This document shows positions 29,704 through 40,719 of a stretch of 64,000 nucleotides of DNA, in pieces. The notes beneath the pieces were generated by a model. That model did no database searches and was not told where the DNA came from. It saw only the letters and a program-made list of their open reading frames with translations. Origin of the DNA: Alphaproteobacteria bacterium. Its GTDB lineage: Bacteria; Pseudomonadota; Alphaproteobacteria; CALKHQ01. The position numbers and the translations under genes were made by a program. The stretch covers positions 608,001-672,000 of the forward strand of contig CBDDFZ010000001.1 of the NCBI GenBank assembly GCA_965227515.1, read 5' to 3'. Within the stretch, counting starts at the first letter, position 1; every line of letters begins with the position of its first letter.

Positions 29704-31360
29704 ATTTTTCCCGGTATTTGCGCACCACGCGCAGCGCGATCACGTTCATGATCAGGGTCACGACGAACAGCACCAGGCCCAGGGCGAACGCCGCCAGCGT
29801 CTTGGGACTGTCGAATTCCTGGTCGCCGGTCAGCAATGTCACGATCTGCACCGTCACCGTGGTCACCGCTTCGAACGGGTTGGCGGTCAGGTTGGCGGCG
29901 AGGCCTGCGGCCATCACCACGATCATGGTCTCGCCGATGGCGCGGCTGGCGGCCAGCAGCACGCCGGCGACGATGCCGGGCAGGGCCGCCGGCAGGATCA
30001 CCTGCTTGATGGTTTCCGACTTGGTGGCGCCCAGGCCGTAGGCGCCATCGCGCAGGGATTGCGGCACCGCGTTGATGACGTCGTCGGACAGCGACGAGAC
30101 GAAGGGAATGATCATGATGCCCATGACCAGCCCGGCCGCGAGCGCGCTTTCCGACGCGATGTCGATCTCGACGAAGCGCGGCTCCAGGTAACCGTCGGTC
30201 CAGGTGCGCGGCAGGTAGTCGGTCAGCAGTACGTCGGCCTGCAGCGCGGTGCTCGTGAAGGTGTAGTCGAACGCGGTCGGCACGGTGGTCTGGGCGAGCT
30301 CGACCAGATAGCCGACCAGTTGCTGGCGCAGTTCGTCGCGCGCCGCGCCGTCGCTCACCTGCGCCAGCACCGGCGCCAGATGCTCGTCGACGAAGGACTC
30401 GCGATAGCCGTCCAGCAGCATCGGCGACAATAACCAGTTGATCGCGTCCTCGACCGAAATCCCCAGGTCGCGGATGATAGGGGCCACCGTGATGGCGGCA
30501 AAGAAGCCGTAGACCACGGTCGGCACGCCGGCCAGCACCTCCAGCACCGGCTTCACGGTGCCGCGGAACTTCGGCGTGGCATATTCCGACAGGAAGATCG
30601 CCGACATCAGCCCGATGGGCACCGCGACAAGCAGCGCGATGAAGCTGATCAGCAGCGTGCCGGCGAACAGCGGGATCGCGCCGAACTTGCCGGAAGACCC
30701 CACCTGGTCCTCGCGGATCGCGGTCTGCGGGCTCCATTCCAGCCCGAACAGGAAGTCGAACACCGGGATCTGCTCGAAGAAGCGGTAGGACTCGAACAGT
30801 AGCGAGAGCACGATGCCGACGGTGGTCAGGATGGCGATCAGCGAGCACCCGATCAGCGCGTACTTGACCACCCGCTCCACCAGGTTGCGCGCCCGCAAGG
30901 TCGGGTTGATGCGCCGCATGGCGTAGGCCAGGCCCAGCGCGGCAATGGCCAGCGCGATCACGGCCAGTGCCCAGAAGCTCAGGCTTTCCAGCTCGTTGTA
31001 GTGCTCGGCCGCCGCATTGATCTCGGGCAGGTTGTTGGCGGCAACGGCGTTGCCGCTGGCCAGGTTGTGGATGTTGTTGAGCACCAGGCCCAGCTCGTTC
31101 TCGGGCAAGGCTTGCAGGTCCGCCGGCAAGGCGTCGATGACCAGGGAGTCGATGATGCCGCCGGACAGCACCAGCCACAGCAGGGCGAAGATCAGGCTGG
31201 GGATGGCGCACCAGATGGCGACGTAGAAACCATAGAAGCCCGGCAGCGAGTGCAGCGAGCTGGGTCGCCCGCCCGCCGTCGCGACGGAGCGGCGCCGGCC
31301 GAAGAAATATGAGATGGCCGCCAGCGCGCAGATGGTCAGCAACAGGATGATGGATTGCAT
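29696..31360 (-). CDS. pstC: Phosphate ABC transporter permease PstC with N-terminal extension and internal insertion
   Basis: LHSLPGFYG, EVLAGVPTVVYGFF, SRAIGETMIV. Confidence 0.97.
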   Translation of the reverse strand: MQSIILLLTICALAAISYFFGRRRSVATAGGRPSSLHSLPGFYGFYVAIWCAIPSLIFALLWLVLSGGIIDSLVIDALPADLQALPENELGLVLNNIHNLASGNAVAANNLPEINAAAEHYNELESLSFWALAVIALAIAALGLAYAMRRINPTLRARNLVERVVKYALIGCSLIAILTTVGIVLSLLFESYRFFEQIPVFDFLFGLEWSPQTAIREDQVGSSGKFGAIPLFAGTLLISFIALLVAVPIGLMSAIFLSEYATPKFRGTVKPVLEVLAGVPTVVYGFFAAITVAPIIRDLGISVEDAINWLLSPMLLDGYRESFVDEHLAPVLAQVSDGAARDELRQQLVGYLVELAQTTVPTAFDYTFTSTALQADVLLTDYLPRTWTDGYLEPRFVEIDIASESALAAGLVMGIMIIPFVSSLSDDVINAVPQSLRDGAYGLGATKSETIKQVILPAALPGIVAGVLLAASRAIGETMIVVMAAGLAANLTANPFEAVTTVTVQIVTLLTGDQEFDSPKTLAAFALGLVLFVVTLIMNVIALRVVRKYREKYD

Positions 31361-31435
31361 CGCTCGGGCTTTTTGGGCGCGTGGGCTTCTGGGCGCTTTG
31401 GCGTTCTGACGATCGGGTACGCGTGTCACACGAAA

Positions 31436-31461
31436 CGGCCGGCTCCCGAAGGAGCCGGCCG
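31436..31461 (-). terminator. Stem-loop after pstS (attenuator or mRNA stabiliser)
   Basis: Minus strand CGGCCGGCTCC-TTCG-GGAGCCGGCCG then TTT: 11-bp stem, UUCG loop. Confidence 0.7.
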
Positions 31462-31478
31462 CCAAACAGATGCCTGGC

Positions 31479-32510
31479 TTAGGACATCGGCTCCAGAGCC
31501 TGGGCCGACGCAGCCGCGTCTTCACGCTCGCCGTCGGGCAGCGGGATCAGGCCGATCTCCGGCAGGTAGCCATCCGGGCCCCAGGCATATTCGTCGGTGA
31601 ACGCCGCGACGTATTCCTGGATGCCGGGGATGACGCCGACGTGCGCGTTCTTCACGTAGAAGAACAGGCCGCGCGAGATCGGGTAGTCGCCGCTGGCGAT
31701 GTTGTCGAAGGTGGGCACGACGCCATTGACCAGGGTGCCGTGCAGGGTGTCGGTGTTCTGGTCCAGGAAGCTGAAGCCGAAGATGCCCAGCGCAGCCGGG
31801 TTGGCCTGCAGCTTCTGCACGATCAGGTTGTCGTTCTCGCCGGCCTCGATGAAGCGGCCGTCCTCACGCATGGTGGCGCAGACGCTCTCCATCTCCTCTT
31901 CTGGCAGCGCGGTCACCGCCTCGAACTCCTCGCAACCGACTTCCATCACCAGCTCGACGAAGGCGTCGCGGGTGCCGGAGGTCGGCGGCGGGCCCAGAAC
32001 TTCGATCTGGACGGCCGGCAGCGACGGGTCGATGTCCGACCAGAAAGTGTGCGGGTTGTCGACGATCTCGCCGTCCACCGGCACCCTGGCCGCCAGCGCT
32101 TGCCATATCTGCGGGATGGTCAGCTCGTAGGTCTCGGACTCGTTGGAGTTGGCGAGCACGATGCCGTCATAGCCGATCTGTACTTCGGTGATCTCGGTCA
32201 CGCCATTGGCGGCGCAGGTCTCGACCTCGGAGTCCTTGATGGCGCGCGACGCGTTGGTGATGTCGGGGTGCTCGACGCCGACACCGGCACAGAACAGCTG
32301 CAGGCCGCCGCCCGAGCCCGTGGACTCGATCACCGGCGGGTTGAACTCGGTGGTGTTGGAGAATTCTTCCACCACGGCGGTGGCAAACGGAAACACCGTC
32401 GACGATCCGACGATGCTGATGTAGTCGCGCGACTGGGCCATCGCGCCGGTCGTGCCGGCCGCTGTGGCGCACGTCGCCAGTGCCGCGATCGAAATGAGTC
32501 CGTATCGCAT
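31479..32510 (-). CDS. pstS: Phosphate ABC transporter substrate-binding protein
   Basis: Signal peptide, GSSTVFPF, STGSGGG, GPPPTSGTRDAF, YPISRGLFFY. Confidence 0.97.
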   Translation of the reverse strand: MRYGLISIAALATCATAAGTTGAMAQSRDYISIVGSSTVFPFATAVVEEFSNTTEFNPPVIESTGSGGGLQLFCAGVGVEHPDITNASRAIKDSEVETCAANGVTEITEVQIGYDGIVLANSNESETYELTIPQIWQALAARVPVDGEIVDNPHTFWSDIDPSLPAVQIEVLGPPPTSGTRDAFVELVMEVGCEEFEAVTALPEEEMESVCATMREDGRFIEAGENDNLIVQKLQANPAALGIFGFSFLDQNTDTLHGTLVNGVVPTFDNIASGDYPISRGLFFYVKNAHVGVIPGIQEYVAAFTDEYAWGPDGYLPEIGLIPLPDGEREDAAASAQALEPMS

Positions 32511-32725
32511 ATCGAAGCTCTCTCCCTCTTCCCTGGAACCGCCCCCCGCAAGGTCTCCGGCGAGATGGCGCTGGACTGGTAATCCGGTTCGGCCCGTTTC
32601 GCTTGCCCGCGCCAATGTGCCGTTCGAAGTGTGCAGTGCAACATGCGGCGGCAGGGCAGGTGTCTCAGGGCTCGAGTCGGCAACAGCCGACGAGAGGGGC
32701 TTTAGGAGCTTTGAGTTAATCCACT

Positions 32726-32754
32726 AAGTCAGTTTGAAGAATCTTTTGTGACAC
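32726..32754 (-). promoter_or_regulatory. Candidate Pho box upstream of pstS
   Basis: Minus strand GTGTCAC-AAAA-GATTCTT-CAAA-CTGACTT: 11-bp periodic half-sites resembling CTGTCAT. Confidence 0.5.
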
Positions 32755-32922
32755 CTCTCGCAGGTGCAAAAAGCGCAATACATCCGTCACAATGCCATTC
32801 CGCGAGGCGCTGCGGGACGTTGACATGGGTGCCAGCGCGCAATCGCCGGACTTGCACACAGGTTTTCCCCAGGCGGCCGGGCCAGCGCGGGCGGCGCGGA
32901 CTCCATGGCAAGCGGATTCCGG

Positions 32923-34362
32923 TCAGTCGTGGGCGGCCTCGTCCTCGTCGCCCCCGGCGGCCGGCCAGTGGACGGTGAAGGTGCTGCCAACACCCAGCTC
33001 GCTGTCGATATCCAGCACCGCGCGGTGGCGGCTGACGATGTGCTTCACGATGGCAAGGCCCAGGCCGGTGCCGCCCTGGGCCCGCGACCGCGCCCGGTCG
33101 ACACGGTAGAACCGTTCGGTGATGCGCGGCAGGTGCTCGCGGGCGATGCCCTCGCCCCGGTCGCGCACGGCCATGCTGATGCTGCCGACGCCGGCCTCGG
33201 CGCCGGCGCGGCGGGGCTGGGCGGCCCGCGAGATCGTCACCTCGATGCGGCTGCCGTCCTTGCTGTGCCGGATGGCGTTCTCCACCAGGTTCTCCAGCAC
33301 CTCCTGCACCTGGTCGGCGTCGCCGTTGATCATCGCCGGGCTGTCCAGGCCCTTGGCCACCAGGCGGATGTCGCGGCTGCTGGCGCGCTGTTGCTGGGAT
33401 TCCATGACGCTGGTGACGATGTCGGCCAGGTCCACCTGGTCCTCGGGCGGCAAGTGTTCGTCCAGCTCGATCCGCGACAGCGACAGCAGGTCGTCGATCA
33501 GGCGCGCCATGCGCTGGCCTTCGGTGTCCATCAGGCCCAGGAAGCGGGCTTGCGCCTCCGGGTCGTCCTTCGCCGTGGTGCGCAATGTCTCGATGATGCC
33601 GATGACGGTGCTCAGCGGCGTGCGCAGCTCGTGGGACACGTCGGCCACGAACTCGCCGCGCAACTGCTCGGTGCGGCGCATGGCGGTCAAGTCGTGCAAC
33701 AGCACCAGCACCGCCGGCGGCTGTGCCGCGGGGCCGTCGCCGTCGCGCTGTTCGAGCGGGCCGTCCATGTGAGGCAGGTGCTCGACCACCGCCTTGAAGG
33801 TGCGCGAGACCGGCACCGGCAGCTCGAACTCGACCTCGCGCCGCGCGGCGCCGGTGAAAATGTCGTTGATCGCGTCCAGCAGCAGCGGGGTGCGCACGAT
33901 ATCGCTGATATCGCGGCCGATCAGCCGGTCGCCGAAGATATCGCGCGCGGCCACATTGGCGCCGGCAACCTCGCCCTCGTTGTCCAGCAACAGCAGGGCG
34001 ACCGGCAGGTTCTCGACGATCTGTGCATTGGTCCGCGCCTGCTGCGCCGCACGGCGCCGGGCGGATTCGCTGGTGCGCACGAGCTGGCGCACGGCGGCGA
34101 CCAGCCGGCCATAGCCGGTGACCGAGACAATGCCCGCCGGGCCGCCGCTGGCGCGCTCCGCGAACTCGGCGAGCGCCCGCAGCCGCCGGCGCTGCAGCCA
34201 GCCGACACCGACCGCGGCCAAGGCGGTGGCGGCGACACCTAAAACGAATGCCAGCCACGACACCTCGCCGTACAGCGTCAGCACGAACAGCACCACCGCC
34301 ACCGCGGCGACGATCATGCCGAGACCACTCAGGCCCCCAAGGGTCGAATGCACCGGTCGCAT
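32923..34362 (-). CDS. phoR: Phosphate sensor histidine kinase PhoR
   Basis: TM segments, PAS-like region, DVSHELRTPL, ERFYRVD, GGTGLGLAIVKH. Adjacent to the pst genes. Confidence 0.94.
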   Translation of the reverse strand: MRPVHSTLGGLSGLGMIVAAVAVVLFVLTLYGEVSWLAFVLGVAATALAAVGVGWLQRRRLRALAEFAERASGGPAGIVSVTGYGRLVAAVRQLVRTSESARRRAAQQARTNAQIVENLPVALLLLDNEGEVAGANVAARDIFGDRLIGRDISDIVRTPLLLDAINDIFTGAARREVEFELPVPVSRTFKAVVEHLPHMDGPLEQRDGDGPAAQPPAVLVLLHDLTAMRRTEQLRGEFVADVSHELRTPLSTVIGIIETLRTTAKDDPEAQARFLGLMDTEGQRMARLIDDLLSLSRIELDEHLPPEDQVDLADIVTSVMESQQQRASSRDIRLVAKGLDSPAMINGDADQVQEVLENLVENAIRHSKDGSRIEVTISRAAQPRRAGAEAGVGSISMAVRDRGEGIAREHLPRITERFYRVDRARSRAQGGTGLGLAIVKHIVSRHRAVLDIDSELGVGSTFTVHWPAAGGDEDEAAHD

Positions 34363-34559
34363 TGCGGCCTAGCTGGTTGCTTCCGTTTCGCCGCGACGCG
34401 CTACGCGGTCCGTGTGTACGCGCGGGTATGGCAAATGCCGCGCGGTGGCGCCGTGCCAGGGCGTACAGTCAACTTATACCAATTGTAATCCAAGGCCAGT
34501 TCTGGATCGGCGTTCGTTGAACCTGCGCCAACCCCCACCTGACCTGGCCGCACAGCCTG

Positions 34560-36848
<2,289 letters not shown>

Positions 36849-37115
36849 GGAGGTTCCTCTGATGGATTCGCGAGCAACGGGAGGGCGAATGCGCGGTGCG
36901 CGCGTCACATGAATTGTTACGTGGCCAGCGGGCGCGAGACAACCGCCGTTTCCGGCCATTTGTGCGGTCCGCGTCGAAGCCGCCGCTTGTCCTTACAAAC
37001 TTATAACAGCGGCTCCATTCGAAATTTATCGCCCCTCCCCCAAATCTCCCACAACGCGGCACAGCGGCAGCCGCCCCTGAGAGACACAAAGTCAAAGACA
37101 CGAAGGATGAACGCC

Positions 37116-37373
37116 ATGAAGAAGTTGATGATCCTCGGCACGACCGTCGCTTTGGGCTTGAGCGCGGCTGCCTGCGGTACCACCCCGACCGACCGTGCGA
37201 TTTCGGGCGCGGCCATTGGCGCCGGCGCCGGTGCGCTGGGTGCGCACATGATGGATGGCAATGTCGGCAACGCGGCCATTTGGGGTGCCGGACTCGGCGC
37301 CGGCGCGGGCCTGCTGACCAACCCCAACCAGGTCTACTTCGGCGAGCCGGCCTGGAACGGCTACGGCTACTAG
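37116..37373 (+). CDS. Small glycine-zipper lipoprotein (85 aa)
   Basis: MKKL..LSAAAC lipobox, GAAIGAGAGA and GAGLGAGAG repeats, C-terminal GEPAW. Confidence 0.85.
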   Translation: MKKLMILGTTVALGLSAAACGTTPTDRAISGAAIGAGAGALGAHMMDGNVGNAAIWGAGLGAGAGLLTNPNQVYFGEPAWNGYGY

Positions 37374-37575
37374 GTTTGAGCGATCCAATCAGCGTGAGCT
37401 GATCCAGAATTCAGTTTTGCGGCAACCGGGCCTCGGCCTGCCCCTCCCCGTCCTCCGACCGTCAGTCGGGGTCCGGTCGGCCACATGAACGTGGCCGAAG
37501 CTGCAAATTGGCGCCGCTCGTGTCAGGCATGGCACGGGCGGCGTCGTGTTTTTCGGTAGGGCGACAAACCCAATG

Positions 37576-37619
37576 CGACGATGCACGCAGGGTTGGCGTG
37601 GCGGCTGCGTGCATCGTCG
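37576..37619. repeat. Perfect 15-bp inverted repeat upstream of mutS
   Basis: CGACGATGCACGCAG-14 nt-CTGCGTGCATCGTCG. Confidence 0.8.
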
Positions 37620-37711
37620 AAACAGACTCTTGCGCACGTGAATTTGCCGGCGATCCGCGATAAGGTCCGCGCGACCCGATAGCCCATCCTCCACCGCCGG
37701 ACCGACTGGCC

Positions 37712-40549
37712 TTGGCCACCCAAACCGCTGCCGCATCCAGCAAGAAAGCTGACCCGTCTCCGGTGTCGTCCATGGCGGGCGCCACACCGATGATGCAGCA
37801 GTATCTGGAGCTGAAGGCGCGCCACCCGGGCTATGTGCTGTTCTACCGGATGGGCGACTTCTTCGAGATGTTCTTCGACGACGCGGAGAAGGTCGCCCCG
37901 GTGCTGGACATCGCGCTGACCAAGCGCGGCAAGCATGCCGGCGCCGACATCCCCATGTGCGGCGTGCCGGTGCACCAGGCCGAGGCCTATCTGCACAAGC
38001 TGACCGAGAACGGCTTCCGGGTCGCGGTGTGCGAGCAGATGGAGCCGCCGGAGGATGCCAAGCGGCGGGGTGCGAAGGCTGTCGTGCGGCGCGACGTGGT
38101 GCGCCTGGTCACCGCCGGCACCCTGACCGAGGACGCCCTCTTGGACGGGCGGGCAAACAACAACCTGGCCGCCCTGGCCGAGGCCGCCGGCGACCTGGCG
38201 CTGGCCTGGCTCGATATGTCCACCGGCGAGGTCGGCGTGCAGGCGCTTGTGGCAGGCGAGCTGCCCCTGGCGCTCGACCGAGTGGCGCCGCGCGAGCTGC
38301 TGCTGCCGGAGCGGCTGGCCGAGAAACCGGATCTGTTCGACGCGCTCGGCGCGGTGAAGGCGGTGCTGGTGCCGCTGCCCAACCCGCGGTTCGACAGCCG
38401 CAACGGCGCCGACCGCATCGCCGAGGCCTATGGGGTGAAGGTGCTGGACGGTATTGGCCGTTTCAGCCGGGCGGAGACGGCGGCATTGGGGGCCGCCATC
38501 GACTATGTGGCGCTCACCCAATGCGGCGCGATGCCGGCGCTGCGGCCGCCGGTGCGGCTTGCCGCGGCCGAGGTGATGCAGATCGACCCGGCGACCCGCG
38601 CCAATCTGGAGCTGGTGCGTACGCTGGGCGGCGAGCGCAAGGGCAGCGTGCTGCAGGCCATCGACCGTACGCGTACGTCGGCGGGCGCGCGGCTGCTGGC
38701 CGGGCGGCTGGCGGCACCCTCCGCCGTGGCCGACGAGATCAACCGCCGGCTGGACGGGGTGGCGTTCTTCGTCGATGCCCGTGACCATGCCGGCGCCGTC
38801 GACGCGGTGCTGCGCGAGGTGCCGGACCTGCAGCGTGCCATGTCCAGGCTGGGCGTCGACCGGGGCGGGCCGCGCGATCTGGCGATGGTGCGCGACGCGC
38901 TGTCCGGCGCGGCGGAAATCCGCAGCCGGCTGACCGCGGCACAGGGCCTGGGCCTGCCGCCGGCATTGGCCGAGGCGGTGGCACGGCTGACCGACCAGGC
39001 CGCGCTGATCGACAAGCTGAGCCGGGCGCTCCGCCCCGACCTGCCGACATCGCCGCGCGAGGGCGGGTTCATTGCCGCAGGCTACGCGCCGGAGCTTGAC
39101 GAGCTGCGCTCGCTGCGCGAGGACCGCCGTCGCCACATACTGGACCTGGAGGCGCGCTACCGCGACGAGGCCGGCGTCAAGGCGCTGAAGGTGCGCAACA
39201 ACAACGTCCTCGGCTATTTCGTCGAGGTGCCCCAGGCCCATGGCGAGAAGCTGGCCGGCCACGAGGCCGAGGACGGCACCAAGCCGTTCGTGCATCGCCA
39301 GTCGATGGCCAACGCGATCCGTTTCACCACCACCGAGCTTGCCGATCTGGACCGGCGGCTGGCGGAAGCCGGCGACCGGGCGGTGGCGCTGGAGCTGGCG
39401 TTGTTCCAGGAGCTGGCCGGCGACGTGAAGGCGCGCGCCGCGGAGCTGGCCGACACCGCGGTCGGCCTGGCCGAGATCGACGTCGCCGCGGGCCTGGCGA
39501 CACTGGCGACGTCCGAGGGCTATGTCCGGCCCCAGGTGGACGACGGCCGGGCCTTCCGCATCGCCGGCGGCCGTCATCCGGTCGTCGAGCAGGCGCTGCG
39601 CCGCGAGGACGACACCCGCTTCGTCGCCAACGCCTGCGACCTGTCGGATGCCGGCGAAGCCGCCGGGGACGATGTGAAGGAAGGCGAGGACGCGAGTGCC
39701 AGCCGCCTGTGGCTGGTGACCGGGCCCAACATGGCCGGCAAGTCAACCTTCCTGCGCCAGAACGCGCTGATCGCGATCATGGCCCAGGCCGGCAGCTTCG
39801 TGCCGGCGGACGCCGCCCGCATCGGCGTGGTCGACCGGCTGTTCAGCCGGGTCGGCGCCGCCGACGACCTGGCGCGCGGGCGCTCGACCTTCATGGTCGA
39901 AATGGTGGAGACGGCGGCGATCCTGAACCGGGCGACCGCCCGCAGCCTGGTGATTCTGGACGAGATTGGCCGCGGCACCGCCACCTTCGATGGCATGTCG
40001 ATCGCCTGGGCCTGCCTGGAAGACCTGCACGAGCGGGTCGGCTGCCGGGGCCTGTTCGCCACCCACTATCATGAGCTGACCCAGCTCGCCGCGCGACTGG
40101 AGGGCCTGACCTGCCACACGGTCAGGGTGCGGGAATGGAAGGGCGAGGTGGTGTTCCTCTACGACGTGGCGCCGGGCGCGGCCGACCGCTCCTACGGCGT
40201 TCATGTCGCACGGCTGGCCGGGTTGCCGGCGCCGGTGGTGGCGCGGGCGGAAACCATCCTCGGCTTGCTGGAGGCGCGCGCCCAGGCCAACCCGCAGACC
40301 GCGCTGGGCGACGACCTGCCGCTGTTTCGCGCTGCCCTGGACCAGGTGCCGCCGCCATCGAAGACAGCGCCCGATCCCGCCGCCGATGCCGCTGTCGACC
40401 TGCGGGCCGCCGCGCTTCTCGCCCGCCTGCACGCGGTCAATCCGGACGAATTGACCCCCCGCGCCGCGCTCGACCTGTTATACGAACTGGCAACGGCGGC
40501 GCGCGGCGACGGCGAATCGGCGGACGCCGAGCAAGACATTAACCACTAG
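37712..40549 (+). CDS. mutS: DNA mismatch repair protein MutS
   Basis: TPMMQQY, RMGDFFEMF, GPNMAGKST, STFMVEM, DEIGRGT. Start could be 37772 or 37789. Confidence 0.98.
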   Translation: MATQTAAASSKKADPSPVSSMAGATPMMQQYLELKARHPGYVLFYRMGDFFEMFFDDAEKVAPVLDIALTKRGKHAGADIPMCGVPVHQAEAYLHKLTENGFRVAVCEQMEPPEDAKRRGAKAVVRRDVVRLVTAGTLTEDALLDGRANNNLAALAEAAGDLALAWLDMSTGEVGVQALVAGELPLALDRVAPRELLLPERLAEKPDLFDALGAVKAVLVPLPNPRFDSRNGADRIAEAYGVKVLDGIGRFSRAETAALGAAIDYVALTQCGAMPALRPPVRLAAAEVMQIDPATRANLELVRTLGGERKGSVLQAIDRTRTSAGARLLAGRLAAPSAVADEINRRLDGVAFFVDARDHAGAVDAVLREVPDLQRAMSRLGVDRGGPRDLAMVRDALSGAAEIRSRLTAAQGLGLPPALAEAVARLTDQAALIDKLSRALRPDLPTSPREGGFIAAGYAPELDELRSLREDRRRHILDLEARYRDEAGVKALKVRNNNVLGYFVEVPQAHGEKLAGHEAEDGTKPFVHRQSMANAIRFTTTELADLDRRLAEAGDRAVALELALFQELAGDVKARAAELADTAVGLAEIDVAAGLATLATSEGYVRPQVDDGRAFRIAGGRHPVVEQALRREDDTRFVANACDLSDAGEAAGDDVKEGEDASASRLWLVTGPNMAGKSTFLRQNALIAIMAQAGSFVPADAARIGVVDRLFSRVGAADDLARGRSTFMVEMVETAAILNRATARSLVILDEIGRGTATFDGMSIAWACLEDLHERVGCRGLFATHYHELTQLAARLEGLTCHTVRVREWKGEVVFLYDVAPGAADRSYGVHVARLAGLPAPVVARAETILGLLEARAQANPQTALGDDLPLFRAALDQVPPPSKTAPDPAADAAVDLRAAALLARLHAVNPDELTPRAALDLLYELATAARGDGESADAEQDINH

Positions 40550-40582
40550 CGCGCTAGTGCATGATCAAATAAGTCGGCACCG

Positions 40583-40647
40583 GCCCTCTCCCCCACCCGG
40601 CCACCCAGCAGCATACTATCGTTGGGCGGCCGGGTGGGGGAGAGGGC
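40583..40647. repeat. 20-bp perfect inverted repeat, CCCTCTCCC..GGGAGAGGG family
   Basis: GCCCTCTCCCCCACCCGGCC / GGCCGGGTGGGGGAGAGGGC between mutS and glnD. Confidence 0.8.
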
Positions 40648-40719
40648 TGGCGCAGACTTCAGCGAAAGCTGATTCTGCTCTATGTCCGTGGCGTGTGCCA
40701 TTACTCGTGAGACGGTTTG

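Noticed and set aside
30170-30460. Intein in PstC
   Set aside because: No N-terminal Cys/Ser block or C-terminal His-Asn; lies in a membrane-protein loop.
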